A stretch of 64,000 bases of DNA from Lepidodermella squamata (Eukaryota; Animalia; Gastrotricha). The notes beneath the pieces are model-generated. The model ran no database searches, was not told the origin of the DNA, and saw only the letters and a list, made by a program, of their open reading frames with translations. Made by a program: the position numbers and the translations under genes. Below are positions 21,746 through 35,684 of this stretch, one piece after another. Numbering within the stretch: position 1 is the stretch's first letter; each line of letters begins with the position of its first letter. The stretch lies in contig JBLDXI010000041.1 of the NCBI GenBank assembly GCA_047495785.1, positions 1-64,000 on the forward strand, written 5' to 3'.

Positions 21746-24700
21746 TTAGTTCGCCAGCGAGTTCTGCAGCTCTTTGATCAGCATATTACCGACCATCATT
21801 TTGTCGCAGTTGACTACAACCCGTAGCGTTGATTCGCTACGCAACAGTGTTACAAGAACAGCACTACGATCAGAGCTCGTCTGTCCCGCGAACCAAAGCT
21901 GACCTTCGTCGGTCGATGGGACTTGGGTTACATTAGCAACATCGTATACTGCGTAACACAGTTCTTTGTCAGCCTTGGATTTAGCAAGCTGCACTGTTGC
22001 AGACGTTTCATTCATTCCAGTAAGCTGTTCTATAACGACGCAACAAAAAAATAAAGAAAACTTGAGGGAAAGTGGGCATTACTTTTCTGAGCAGCGAATT
22101 GAGCTGGAGTCATGGAAGACAACGGTTGGAGCAACTCGCCGATTGTCGGAATAATACTAACAGGCCACGTTTTGTCAAGACCAGCACCAATGGTGATGTT
22201 AACGGGCTGTAGGCTGTCCTTGAAATCGACAGACATGAGCACAGAGACGGCACCAGTGGGTCCCGGGCTCAACGTTTCTATGGTTCCGAAGTCTTGAATA
22301 GCTTGGCCCCCAGAGAGCCGCTGCTCAACGACGCGAATTTTCGACAGCGGTTCGTTACCATTGTTGACAAACGATAATTGCACGGTCACCATGCGAGGTT
22401 GAAAGACGGACACGGAGCGCGGGTATGTGTATGTAACCACGAGGCCACCACCGCTCATTCGATCGATGATCTCGAACTTGCGAGGCTGGCGACTCGTTGG
22501 TGGCGGATAGATGGGCCCGGCATTAGCAGCCTGTGCAGCCAGGTTCTGACCAGATGACGATGCTGCCAAAGTGGCAGCGTGGATTAGAGGCGCAGCGGCT
22601 GGAGGAGCATCGCCGACTAAACAGACGACAAATTTAATAACAAGGGTTTTCGACTGAAGAATTAGCTTACAATCCAAATCTAAAAGCAAGTCTTGCTGTG
22701 GTTGCTTTGCTTTAACCGCGGTTTTCGTCGCAGGTTTCGAGGTTTTTTTAGGTGGTGGAGGAGGTGCTTCCTCCTCTTCGGATTCCTCTGACTCTTCTTC
22801 TTCTTCGTCCTCGTCGTCTTCTCCTTCCTCTTCGTCCTCGGATTCTTCCTCGGACTCAACTTTTCTGTTGACTGGTTTCTTGGAAGATCCATTCGAAACT
22901 TGAGGAACTCGCTTTTCAATCTGTGAAGATTGCTAGATTAAATAATGCGTGATGATGAACAAGGCTATTGTAAGAAACGCAATTCACCACTTCACCGTCG
23001 GCTGATTCCTCTTCGTCGTGGTCATCATCATCATCGTCGTCGTCGTCGTCACCTTCCTCTTCGTCACCTTCCGATTCTTCGACCTCGCTATCCTGCTAAC
23101 ACAACTGATATCACACGTACAAAGATCTTGAAATGACAAACCTCTTCGCCTTCTGCTTCCTCGTCTTCGTCTTCCTCTTCGCCCGATTCATCCTGAAAGA
23201 AAGAATAGTTGATAAAAGAAACATGCATATTGGTCCGATTGATATTGCTCCAACTAGTCAAAGAAATTTTCACAAACCTCATCTTCGCCTTCTTCTTCAT
23301 CCTCTTCGGCTTCTTCTTCGTCCGAATAAAACGGCTTGTCTTTTTTGGGAGCATCCACCTTCGCTTTCGATTTCTTCGAAGCAGTACGCGAGCTTGGAAC
23401 GCTGACGGAAGATTCGCTCTTAGGAATTTCGACGTTTCGCACAGTCGGGTCGGGTGCCACCGCTGGCCACTCGGGCAGCTCGGCGTATCCCTCGGCAGGA
23501 CAAGCAATCAGCTGCGACAGCGTACCCAAACGGAATTTGTTCATCTCTGCAAAACAAATTCAGCAAAATTGGCGGGCGAAAATGACAAAAATGGATGGAT
23601 AGGTCGCCATGTTCCAATCAGGAATGTGAGTTAACGAATTCATCAAGGATGTCAGATGACCGTCGTGAAAGTTTCATCATTTAATTTTTAGTTACAAAAC
23701 TGTGCCATAACGATGATCTTACCCTTGAGTTTGGACTCCAAGATCGGGGCCGGCTTTGTCGCAAGTAATACTTTTTTCGCGCTTTTCGAGAACGTATTGA
23801 CTAGGGGCTTGCCAGCCTCTTCGCCATCACCGTTAGTAGCCTGGACTGCACTGGGCGTCGGCATTACCATGCAGCGCAACATGCGAGCACGGTCGCGAAT
23901 GTCATAACTTTGATCATACTTAGCCAGATTGAAAACGTACTGAGCCAATAACCTGTGAAGAGGATTACGTCATTAGAATACATCAGCTGCAAAATTAAAA
24001 AAGCAGCCAGCGAATAAAGAATAAAGATCAGTTGTGTGAGATAACGAATTCATCACTTTCTTCAGATGACCGTCGTGATAATTTCATCATTTAAAAATTG
24101 GTGAAAAATAGAAGTAGGTATATATTTAAAAACTAACTTGGTTTGTTTTGGATTAACAGTCACCAACTTCGCAGCCAGGTTGATAATCTGCAATTTAACG
24201 GAATCTTCTTCGCTGACAAAGTTTTTCGCCATTATCCTCAGCACATCGGGAGCGATCTTTGTAACGTGCTGACTGTACTCGCCGATCAACCAAAGAATGG
24301 AAGCTCGAGCCATCGGAACAGATATTTTTTCAACAAGGCGAGCCATTTGGGTGATAATTTCTTGACATTGAGACGGCCGAAGCTGCAGTAGCTTCCGTAT
24401 GACAACTACGCTCTCGGCAACAACGGCCTCTGTAACAAAGTAAACACAATTATTGTAAATGATCAATATTGCAAGCTGGTTTCGGTTATGGCTGAATCTT
24501 TAGTCAGAATAAAGTTTGAGGTTATCAACATTAGAAATAATGAAGACCATCGTGAGACATCATTCTAGTCCAATTTTCAATATTCAAATTATATTTGTTC
24601 ATTACCATTTTTCTTCGACATCAGGTTGACTAGTCCAGCTAGGCAAGTATCTGTCACAGTACTGATATTTGCGGCGCATCTCCCAATGGCTTGAATTGTA

Positions 24701-26010
24701 GCAGCGGCAAAGTCTTTATCAGAACCTGAGACGTAAGTTTGAAACTCTCGCAAAAGACTAGATACATTTGACTCGTTTGCCAGTGATGTAAGAATTTCAA
24801 GCTTCAGTAGCTTGACGTAAGACGGATCAGAGGACCGGATAAAGAAACTCTTTAGATGTGGCTCGAACAGGTTGTGGCGATTTACGGACATCGCGGCGAT
24901 GTTCGATAGTATGATATACTGAATTTCACGATGACCACGTAGCAGACGCACCAATGATCTAGCAACGATTGCGACTTCGTTGAGCGGGGCACAGTGATAA
25001 TACAGCTGGGCTACAGCCATTACAACAGCAGCATTGCGACTTTGAAGTAGAGGCCTTGTGTTACGCAACAGCAGCCGATGGTCTGGATCCATGTAAAAGG
25101 GTTTTTTCTTTGCCGATCTTCTCCTCTCCGATTCGGGCTTTGGATTTCCTTCTTCGTCAGAGCTGCTTGAAGCGTAGAATGGTTCACTGTCGGGCTTGAC
25201 TTCTTCCGATGTATCTCCTTGGTTCGGGTCGACAAATTGCGATCGGGCGTATCGAGCTAGCATATTAATAATCACAACTTGGCCCCATTCGTCGACGTCT
25301 ACTACCATGTTGCAGAGTTTCCGGTAATTTTTATGAATTAAATCAATGCGATCGGGGCAGACTTCTTCGAAGGCTACAATGGCGCTTCCAACAACGAGAG
25401 TGGTGCGATCGGCTAATAACTTTTGAATGATGTCTATGAGCTGTTCTCGCAATTCAGGGTCAAGATTTAGCAGTTTTGGTATGGCGTTGGCGGCAGTTTT
25501 GCGCACATAAGGAGACATGTCATTGACAGCTTCTTTCAATGCCAACATCATAATCGGAATAACCATGGTCACGCGAATTCCGCACAGAACACGCAGTGAG
25601 TTGGCACGGATTAGAGGATTCGGATCTTTAAGAGCCCGTTGAAAGGAACTTATGGATAGGAGCGCCAAGTCTTGCTGTTCTTCAGCGTATCGAGCCAAGT
25701 AAACGTAGACCAGCTTTTTAATTTCAGGATCTTTAGTGACAACATTCTTGACAACCGATGGAAATAAGTCTGAGGCATCGCGACCGCGAGCCACCATTGT
25801 TACGATTCTCCGCATAGCTTCCAGCTTAAGCGAGTCTTTGCTGCCATCTAGCATTTCTTTCAAATCACCATGCCGCCGGCTATCTGTCGACAGGAATGTA
25901 TGACCCGCGGGATCAGTGGAAAGGTCCGTATCAGCGATTCCACTAATGCCACTTGGAACGGAGAAGGAGCGGTCGCTGGCATTATATCCTTGAAAGCCCC
26001 CGTCAGACAT
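21746..26010 (-). CDS. AP3B1: AP-3 complex subunit beta
   Basis: Adaptin trunk [23 protein letters not shown] and [12 protein letters not shown], acidic hinge, C-terminal appendage. Multi-exon. Confidence 0.96.
23613..23685 (-). ncRNA. SNORD35: Intronic C/D box snoRNA, U35/snR73-like
   Basis: On the - strand: ATGATGA...TCACGACGGTC-AT-CTGA...TTGATGA...CTGA. The guide is complementary to LSU rRNA GACCGUCGUGA. It lies in AP3B intron 23547-23722. Confidence 0.85.
24023..24095 (-). ncRNA. SNORD35: Intronic C/D box snoRNA, U35/snR73-like
   Basis: On the - strand: ATGATGA...TCACGACGGTC-AT-CTGA...GTGATGA...CTGA. All four boxes are canonical; it lies in the adjacent AP3B intron. Confidence 0.87.
24499..24569 (-). 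ncRNA. SNORD35: Intronic C/D box snoRNA, U35-like (divergent copy)
   Basis: On the - strand: ATGATGT box C, guide TCTCACGATGGTCT (pairs with AGACCGUCGUGAGA with one G.U), degenerate D'/C', terminal CTGA and a short TAG/CTA stem. It lies in the AP3B intron after the large first coding exon. Confidence 0.7.
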
Positions 26011-26845
26011 ATTTGCATCAAATTGAATAAAATTCTAACAGAAGGATATAAACACCACATGAATCGAATACTAATATGTGTCATGTAAAACTCGATGGAT
26101 GGAGTGAAAAGTCCCGTGTGCAATCGCCAATTTCTCGACGCTATCGTAGTTGGTAATCAATAATCACTGAGAGGAAAGGGAGAGACCTGAGACATGTAAC
26201 ATTTTCGAAGGGATAGCGAGATGAAAAAGTGAAGGAGTATTGGCTTAACAAGACATAACAGAGTCCATTACCAAAGATATGGAATGACGGTCAGGTCTGT
26301 ATGAACCAGAGATAAGTATTCAATGCTTAATGCGAAGATAGAATGATGGAGGTTTAACAGGCGGACGCCGACAAAAAATGACTCACACGCGCAGATTCAT
26401 ACGCGGAGCCGTGCTGGGCGCATGAGGCTGGCCCGAGATGTGAAGGTCGCAATCAATACTATCATTGATATTTGAGCCGAAAAAGCCATTATAGAAGTTA
26501 ATTTGGGTATGAATATAATTCGGGATAATGATACTTTATATCTCTCTCGTCCTTGCGATTTTTGTTTTGGCTGCGGGGTTTTTTTGCGGGTTTTGCGGCG
26601 CGAGTCGTTGTGATCAGCTGAGTGCTGAAAAACTGCACTCTACGCTCTACGCCTTGCCTGTGCTGGTATGTTTAGCTCAAGTTTCGATTTTCAATCAAAT
26701 AATTGCTTAGCACAAAAAATGTGTTTGTGAGTGATTTGTCTTTATTCATTAAAGTTTACCATGGCGTCGTGGTTGTAGTCATTATACCCGCCGCCTTAAA
26801 CTGCCAACAAATTACACGGAAAAATTACCTGAATATACTTATCTT

Positions 26846-27200
26846 GTGCATTACTATACGGCCAAGCTGTTCTCGAAGATTCTCGACTCACGGCTAAGAA
26901 AGAGGCTTCAACCCTCATTGGACATTTGTACTTCAATTGTTCCCTTACAAACCAGGCTAACTGCCTCTAAAACGACCTTACCCTTGATCCTCGACTACTT
27001 ATTTCTCGTAATTGGATCCTTGATATAGTTTATCGAGGGCGAGAAACGCCCCCGCCGCCGCAATTCCTCGCCGTGCTCTATGCCTTACCTGAGAAAGAAC
27101 CTGGAAAGAGGGAAAGAAGAAAGAAAACGTCGACTCGACATCGAAAAGGTCACTAGCTTCAGATACCTTGGCATCTGGCTTGACGAGCAGCTGAGCGATT
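26846..27200 (+). mobile_element. Degraded non-LTR (LINE) reverse transcriptase fragments
   Basis: Disconnected motifs KLFSKILDSRL and IEKVTSFRYLGIWLDEQLS (thumb region). Confidence 0.6.
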
Positions 27201-27804
27201 GATGTAACAGACTGAGATAAGTGACATCTTCATCCGATAAAGAAATTTGACTGCGGCCACCGATCAGTGTTCTTCCTGGTGTATGAGGGGGAACTCTTTT
27301 AAGAGCATACAATCAGATTTTGCCCAGTGCAAACCCAAAGCTCTCTTCGCGAATCGCATAGGCGAGGATACTGGACAGAATAATCCCCAAATCTCGGCGC
27401 CATATCCGAATTGCGATAAAACACATCTGCTGTATAATAAACGAATTGCCGAAAGATTCTGGAAATACTTGAATAGCTGCGGTATGATGGCGGTCGCGTG
27501 TTACAATTTCAAACTCGCCTCAGCGATTGCTTTCTTGTAACATTGACTGGATGAGGAGAAAAGCTCCTCGTAATGTAATTGAAAGGGCCGAGAAACCAGT
27601 CTCGCGCGCTATCTTGCAGATAAAAAATCGGGGCTATGTACACCAGCCGAGTGAAGGGAAAGAGTAGAAATAAGAAGGAACAGTTTTCATATCGTCATTT
27701 CGCTCTTTGACTGCACTTCCTTAATTTCATCTAGAGATTTAATTATCGATCACCATCGTCTTTGATCGCTATTGTCATATAGCGTCCTCACTATTACGCG
27801 CGAA

Positions 27805-28279
27805 ATGGTGAGATCCTTTGCTAACTCAATATCCATTTTTATTTATTTGCGTTTATGGCATTCAACTCAGGCTGCTCAGTTTCTGCGAGGCCTTCCCTCG
27901 CGCAATAAGCAAAATTTTGCCAGGATGGAGGAAAGATGCCCAAAGTCTGAAAGTGAAAGTCGACCTTACATATGCCTCGAAGAAAAGTCGATTCCGCAAG
28001 TTATAGTCACCGAGAAGACTAACATTCTGCTCGAATTTCTGCATAAACAATGGGATCAAAAGGTAATTGTAGTTACACGTTATTTGTTACGCCTAACATA
28101 TGTTTGATGTCTTGAAGATGCAATTGAATAAAAGGCCTCAGGGCTCAACCGCGAATGACGCCCATTCCTCGTCTGGGGATGAAGAAGCCTCTGGGGAACA
28201 TGCTGGATCTTCTGCGGGGCGCTCGAAAAACTCGACAACAACGCCGGCCTCGCCGACGAAAAAACGCCGCATCACTTGA
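27805..28279 (+). CDS. DDA1: DET1- and DDB1-associated protein 1 (3 coding exons; first contains only the ATG)
   Basis: M|AAQFLRGLPSRNKQNFAR...QVIVTEKTNILLEFLHKQWDQK|MQLNKR...KKRRIT*. Confidence 0.92.
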
Positions 28280-29254
28280 GGCCCGTTCTGCTGGCAGCCG
28301 TGATCTTTTGCTTGTTTTCTACTGACTAATTATCAACTTTTTATTCTGCAGCCGCTTTTGGCATTACTCGTTAATTTGCAACACAGAATAATAAAAATGA
28401 TGATGGCAGAAAACTTCACTTGTGCTCTATACCTTACCATAGAAAGAATCCTGGAAAGAGGGAAAGAAGAAAACTTGTTCCAGTTTTAGTTTTAATTCTT
28501 CTATTAATATTATAACTTTGTAATAATGAGAAAATACGTGAACATGTACGAACGGTCACAGTCACATACTCCTAACCATGTTGTTAATGAAGCAATCGCA
28601 GTGGGTTCAATTCGAAGGTATATGATTTATAGAATTCAAAAATTTGAACAATTGGAAACAACTAGTAGTAGCTCGAAGATTCAACAAAAACAAATTATCA
28701 ATAAGAAACGAATGTGACAGGTAGAGAGTGGCGTTTGCAATATTATTATTTACCAGGAGGAATGAAACCGCGGCAGAGATCAATTATTATGAAGAGAAAA
28801 TACCCAATGCGCATCGAAGTCATACAATGACAGTCATTAAAACATCCGCAAACTGGGTAAATGTATTTTCGAGAGATGTTTACGACTGATTTGACATACT
28901 GGCATAATTGATGCTTGATTGCTGAACGATCATTTGATATTGATATTTCGAACGTGATCGCCCATGCATCACTTCACAGGTACATGAATAGAGTAACACA
29001 ACAAGAGATGCGCGCCGCTGAATGTTCAAATAATTTCGGCGTTACTTCCGGTAATAACGAAGCATCATCAGATAGCTTTCAAGAAAGAACAGCTTTGCTT
29101 CGTCAATCAGAAGACGGTGAATGGAGTTAAATTACATTGCTTTCTAGTAAGATAGAGGACGATTTCGCAACTAAAATATTACAGCTGATGAAAAGAATAA
29201 GTCGATGTAGTAGTCGATGACTAGCTGACCAGTTGATGAAACATTGAAAAGCGA

Positions 29255-31617
29255 TTAGCTTTCTATTTGAATTGCTGATTCCACGACCGAGAACTGCTTG
29301 AGTGCCATGTTACAGCGCCGCAGCAAGTCGGCTGTGTTCATACCTTGCACTGTAAAGAGTGAAATGAAAGCATTATTCATTATATTTCAATGTCAGCTGA
29401 TAAATTAAACGATTGAGTGAGAGCAATCTAGCAACAATAAAGATTCGCTTCAAATATTTGGGATTGCAACCGTTAAACTCACGAAAAATAATAGGAGCTT
29501 CAAAATTATTTTTGGGAATCCAGTCGGAGTTTGACAATTTGAAACATCTTTTAATTTACGTATTCTTAGAGCTTCACAAAACCGAACCCTTGGCGACCCC
29601 AAAATTGAAGTTATTAACAGGCTGGACCTCTACCAAATTTTCTTAGAGGCTAGATCTGTATTGATGAGTATTGGTTCCTCATTATTTTGATATACATATT
29701 CTTATCTATCTATTGATTCGAGACATAGTACGCGGAATTATGAAATGCAAAATTTAAGAAGAACTCGAGCTAAATTAGGGATATTAATCCCGCATTTCTG
29801 CAAATGAAGCAACTCCCTTTACTCCCTTTATTGGTATAGCCAATTACCAATTACAGGGCCTGTATTCCTGGATGATTCATCACGTCCTATCGTCCTATTA
29901 TTTAATAAGCTGAAGCGACAGGCGATTTATATTGATTTCAATATTGAAGGCTGGACAATTTCGACCGGGGAGCAAAGTTCAAAGGAAGAGTGCAAACATC
30001 TGAAGTCTTTTAGCCCTACCTACTTATTCGTCCACCGTCAAACGCTCAGTTCGCATAAAGCTGAACCTTATTATCAATGTAGTTCCCGATTCAAATGATA
30101 CGCCTAAGCAAGATGACACTTTCAACTACTTAAACAGGTAATGGCAGGAGAAAAGCTATATTTAGACTCACCGGCAACGACATGAACCGAAGCGGCTTTC
30201 TTTGAAAGAGTCAGCGACCAAATGCGAAGGCTGTGGATAGATCGCACACCGCTGACGCCAAGCAAAGCACGCTTAACAGCATTGTAGTTGACATCTTGCG
30301 GCGTCCCTTCCATCAAAACGGCGATCGCATCCTTCATCACTGATAATGTTGTGATGAGGACAAGTACCGAGAAAATAAAGGTGCAGACCGGATCGGCATA
30401 CTTCCAATCGTGCCGAAAGTAGATTATGATCGCTGCGACGAGCACGCCGACACTTTGAATCAAATCACCGAGAACATGAATGAAAGCTGCCCGCACGTTG
30501 ATGTTTGGTTGATTCGGTTGTTCGGTGTGGGTCAGCTCGGCAGCGATGTCAATAGACCGGCCCATGTTCGAAAGCTTGTGAGAGTGCCCGTGACCGTCGT
30601 CGTGTGAGTGACCGTGATCGCCATTGTCGTGCGAGTGCCCGTGATCATGCGAATGCCCATGATCACCGTGGTCATGAGAGTGACCGTGGCCATCATCATG
30701 CGAGTGCCCGTGTCCACTGCAGTCTTCGTCAGCCGCGCGCTGGTAGCCTTGCTCGGCATTGGCATCCGCGCCACCATGCGAGTGTCCGTGACCGCTGTCC
30801 CCTCCGCCGTGGGCGTGGCCGTGTCCCGAGCACATTGCTCCACCGTGCGAATGGCCAATTCCGGCTTGGTGCAAAACGATGCCCATTCTACATTGGAATG
30901 AATGTATTTTCTTGTTTTAAAATCTGGTTTATAAAAACGTACACAATGTTAACAGCAACGCCGATAGAGGATGTTATGAGCATGATTTTGGCGTCGATTT
31001 CGAAATGGCCGGACATGGTTCGTTGAATGGCAAGCATGACTAAAATGGCAGTGACTACCCAGATCAACAATATCGAAATTAGAGCACCAATGATTTCTAA
31101 AGGAAGAACGAGTTGATAAGTGTCTTGATAACGTTCAACTTCAGATTCTTACCGGCTCTGTACCAGCCGAACGGCATGGTCTTGGTCGCCGGCCGTACAG
31201 CCATGTGCATGGCGAATAAACTGATGCCGAAACTTGCAAAGTCAGTCAGCATGTGCGCAGCATCGGTCATAACAGCCAGACTGCCTGCGACAAGGCCGCC
31301 AATGGCCTCGGCGATCATAAAAAAGCCACACAACATGGAGGCGACAAAGAGTTGCCGCCGCGCATTTTCGTCTATCTTGGCGGGTTGCGCTACTGTAGAG
31401 CATGGTTCTTCCTCTTGGTCGTAACCCCCATCGCTAGCAAAGTTTGCTGGGCGCTTCCTGTTGAGCCAAACATATAGAAAGATATGCTGATCGAACATGC
31501 CGCATTGAAAATAACTTACCGTTCGGCTGTCGTATTTGTTATAGCACACTGGTTGAGCAAGTAGAAGCTCTGATCGCCAGCATATTCCGGCGGAATTTTG
31601 TTGACGAAATTGCCCAT
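29255..31617 (-). CDS. SLC30A2: Zinc transporter, ZnT2/3/4/8-like (CDF family)
   Basis: [48 protein letters not shown], His-rich loop. Five coding exons; the start codon is inferred. Confidence 0.92.
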
Positions 31618-34600
31618 TTAAAAGCAGCCCTAAATTTAGAAAAAAATTACGTTATCACGCCTTACCCTCAGAAGCGGTTAGCAATAGGTTAACAATGAAT
31701 TCTCCAAGAGATCGATAAATGCTGGGTAATAAATTTCAGGAAATGACATTTCAGCTCATCAAATATTATTGAATAATGGCAGGGCAAATAGATTATCTGA
31801 ATGCGATGCATTCCCTTTCTACACGCTTCGAGTGTGCCAATCAGTCGCCTTACAAGGGTCGAACAGGAAGGAGGACTCGCACGAATGCCTTGCTAAATAA
31901 GACAAGAAATCGACCTGCTCAACGGTGTAGTTACCGGCAAATCGATACAAAGCTAAAAAATTAGTTCTTTCAGCTGTCAGTGTTAGACGTCCGCAGCAGA
32001 GAACAGAGCGATACAATGAATAATAATGATTTTGCTGCAAAGACATGTGCGTGATTGGAATCGGGAGGAGTCAATAAATAACCGCGGGGTATGTTCCGTA
32101 CTGTAATGCGATTTCGCTATTCATGCCACCGACAGCTGATGGCTACATGGAAACTATTAAGTTAACGCGGTGTTTCCCATAATCCTAACAAACTTATAGA
32201 TATTACAAGTTACCAAAATCGAATATGCGCATGCGCTAGGGGCGAGAAAATAGCGATACCACGACGATGATAGAGACGACGACGATGATGAGGATGATAA
32301 TGATAATGATTATGATTACGGCCTGGATTTGGGTGGTTTATGCTGTGGCTTTCGACATTTTTGGCAAATAGATTCATCATGAGATAATATTTAGCCATTT
32401 TTTACTCAAATTATGGACGCAGTTGAAGAGAAATCGGTGCTGCGCTTAACTGCGTTACTTCTCGAGGTTATACGGACTGGATGTGTGACATTTATTTGTG
32501 GTTAGCAAGCAAGGCTGGTGAGCGAAACAGCAGAGGGATAACTTTCCATATATCTAGAAAGTATTAGTAGTATTATTGCATTAGGGCGGGCGAGAGGTGC
32601 ACCGCGCATCGCGCGAGCTGACACGATGTTTTAGTTAGCTACCGTGGCGGCAGCGGCGGCGACCTAACGCAATATGCGAATACGTGGGCACACGACGCAA
32701 AAATCGACTGATAAAATATTGGTTCCATAATACTAATAATATGTGCGGTAATGCAGAGCCGAACATAGCCCGCCACCACGCGCGGTTTTTTGCGACGTTT
32801 GTCTATCGCTATCGCCTGCATAGCCGTGCGTCTCTCAGTCATCGTCCCGAGGAGCGTGTTATTATTTTTATATTAGGTCGAATGGCAGGCCGAGCCTACC
32901 GGCGATGCGCGTGTTTTTCAAGCGAACAGGCGCAGCGCGCCTGCATTATTATGATAAAGAGCGTCGAACACCCTTCAAACACTATACTACGGTGTGAGAA
33001 GAAAAACAAACTCTCATCGCAAGAGCGCGCGTTCGTTGATTGGTAAAAGATTTTGGCCGTTCGATCAAAAAGCGCGGCAGGCCTAAAAACCGCCTATGAT
33101 ATACTTATGGCTGAATATAACGTCCCACATCCTGTGTACATTACGGCAAATCGGGCGCGTAATTGCCTGAAACTCGCCGTATAACAGTTTTCAGCTGTCG
33201 CAGAGATGTGAAGCTCGGTGTCAAGTATTGCATCGGTTCGATTATTTGAGGCGGCACCGCAAACAAAAAATGAATTAAAAGATACCCAGCTAGACACAAT
33301 ACGACGCATGATCACGAACGGCGCGATTGGCAAACCGTGCTAAGAGGCATTGTGTGCTAAAAAAAAGTCGGCGCCTTGGTGGCTGCATTTTTTAATGATA
33401 TTAATAGGCGTGATCGTGGAGCGCGACAGGCATCGCAGTTATGATGGTTATTACGTGTGGGCGAAATGTAATGAGAAATATAACCACATGCGGAACAGAT
33501 TTGATGCGCGGTCTTGTGTGGCAATAAAGATGAGCGATACAGTGGCGCCGCGCCACGTCACTGATCGCTGATCGCCTGAAAATATTACTTATTAACTGGA
33601 GAAGCAGCTATTGTATCGGCGATCACAAAATATCATCATAGCGCAATAAAGCGGCCTGGAAAATTCACATAGCTGCGCGGCAGCACACCAGACGGATCTC
33701 TCTCTGAGACAGCAGTGATAGAACAGCAATCGGCTAAGTCGTCGATCAAGCATGACTTTATTCTTTATTGTAGTGATATACGTCAATGGAGCTGGCGGCG
33801 CGAGACCTCGCCGATCTGAACGGCAGAAGATGAACGCATCTCTAATGCATGTTTTGTGCGCAAATTTCGTTCAAGTGTGTCTTCGCGATTTCAATTCGAG
33901 CACTATAATAATAATAGCATTAGCTAGGTAATAATAATAATAGCTCATGGTTGCAGCAATAAATAATGTAATTTTGCGCGCTCGCGACCGGTGTAGTATT
34001 CTTTCCTGTGGCACTGAATGTTCGCGCGCGCGCTCGCGCAAATACTGTAGCCGGCGCGCGCAAAATAGGCTGTAATAGACTGGTGCGCATGCGTGATTGC
34101 TGAAATAAATTTCGTAAAATCATCTAGCATCTGACGAATTTATAAATAAAACACAACGCAGCAATGATGGCTCTCCGGGCGCAGATAAAAAGCGCCGGAA
34201 GACAACGACCGCGAGCGCGTAGCTCACGTTCGCCACACGTTTTGTTGCCGCGTGCGCGCGCGCGCGGGCGCTTCGTCGTTTTTCTGCAAGTGGGAATTCG
34301 AGGCTATTGCTTCGCCGGCGTCGTCGTAGCCCATCCTACAATTTGCTTAGTTGATTTTTTCGCTCTGAACTGCCGCGTTGTATACGAGATGTGTACATAC
34401 GTATTGTGGGAGTGGGTATGCAAATCGAGCGGATGCAAGAAGAGCGAAAAAACGATGAAGCGATCTATAATGATCGCGTTGAGAGCGGCGACATCGGCTT
34501 TGTCGACTACCTGAGCATCAGGCGTATTGACATTCGGTCAGCATTCCGGCTTTTGCGCTGGTATTCCAGCATTATTATTATTATTATTATTATTATTGGG

Positions 34601-35684
34601 TGGTTTACAACCGATTCGGGCAGAGCGGCGATGATACAATAACAAGCATTGAAACAGCACGGCGAAGCGGCACTTATGTCCTTGTCTAAAAATCAATTCA
34701 CTAGCCGTAAAAAATTCTCTATACTGACGCAAGGCTGTCAGTGGCAAATAATTTACATTCAAGTAAAAGAGCGATAGCCTGCGGGTTTACCTTCGGTAAG
34801 GTTACACAAAAACAGGAACACTTGGTATAAAAGGTTGCCATATTATCAAGAGATGATATCTGCCAAGCAGTGAAATCAATTAATTCACTCCATCATCGTC
34901 ATCGTTTAAAATATTAGGTAATGATTTTCTTACGTTGGAGCTACACAGAGGTCAGGTTGGCTGAACGATGTAGGTAATGAAGGGTTGCTGGTTGTGTCTC
35001 AGGTTGCCGGCGAAATTCTGGCCGAATGACCGGAATCGCAGTCAATTGATTCCAATCCCCAGGGTTTCGGTTGGGTCAGAAATTTCCGAACTGGTTCCAC
35101 CTACACTGGAGCTACAAAATATCATGAGTCCAGACAGAGTTGAAACAACCTGCCTCTGCGCCCGGGAAATTCAGCATCAAAGTCTATCAAAGTTTCCAAG
35201 TTGTCGCAAGATTTATACCGTTTGAAGAAGGTCAGCAATGGATCGATGTTTCGAATTTCGTCCCGTAAAAAAGTGACTATTCATGGGGATACAGTGTAGA
35301 ACGGCATCACATGATTTCACACCTAATAGTCCCATAGAAGGAACGATGAAGAACGAAGGACCAACCGGAAATCTGGTGCCTACTGAGTGCGAACTAAATG
35401 CTTGTTCTACATAATTTATTTCCTCTTACTATTACCGGCAAATCTCTGTGAATGGGCTTCGAATTGCGGTTAGCTTCCATGAGTCTGAATATTGGCAAAT
35501 GTGGTGAAATCTTCGGCAAGGTTTCCATATTTACCGTCAAACGGGGCGACTTTAGCCAGTGGGGTGACATTGGCATAGGTTTTTGCGATCAAGTTTAGAT
35601 CTTGCACGATGTTATTTTCTCAGGCGTGATACATGTCAGGAGTAGGATGTCAATGGAAAGCCCTGATGATGGAGAATATAATGA

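Noticed and set aside
26528-26774. Short hydrophobic ORF MILYISLVLAIF..., possibly spliced
   Set aside because: No recognisable motif; T-rich sequence produces such ORFs by chance.
32200-35000. Many 60-120 aa ORFs in CG-rich non-coding DNA
   Set aside because: They overlap on both strands, show no family motifs and have no coherent splice pattern; more likely regulatory or UTR sequence.
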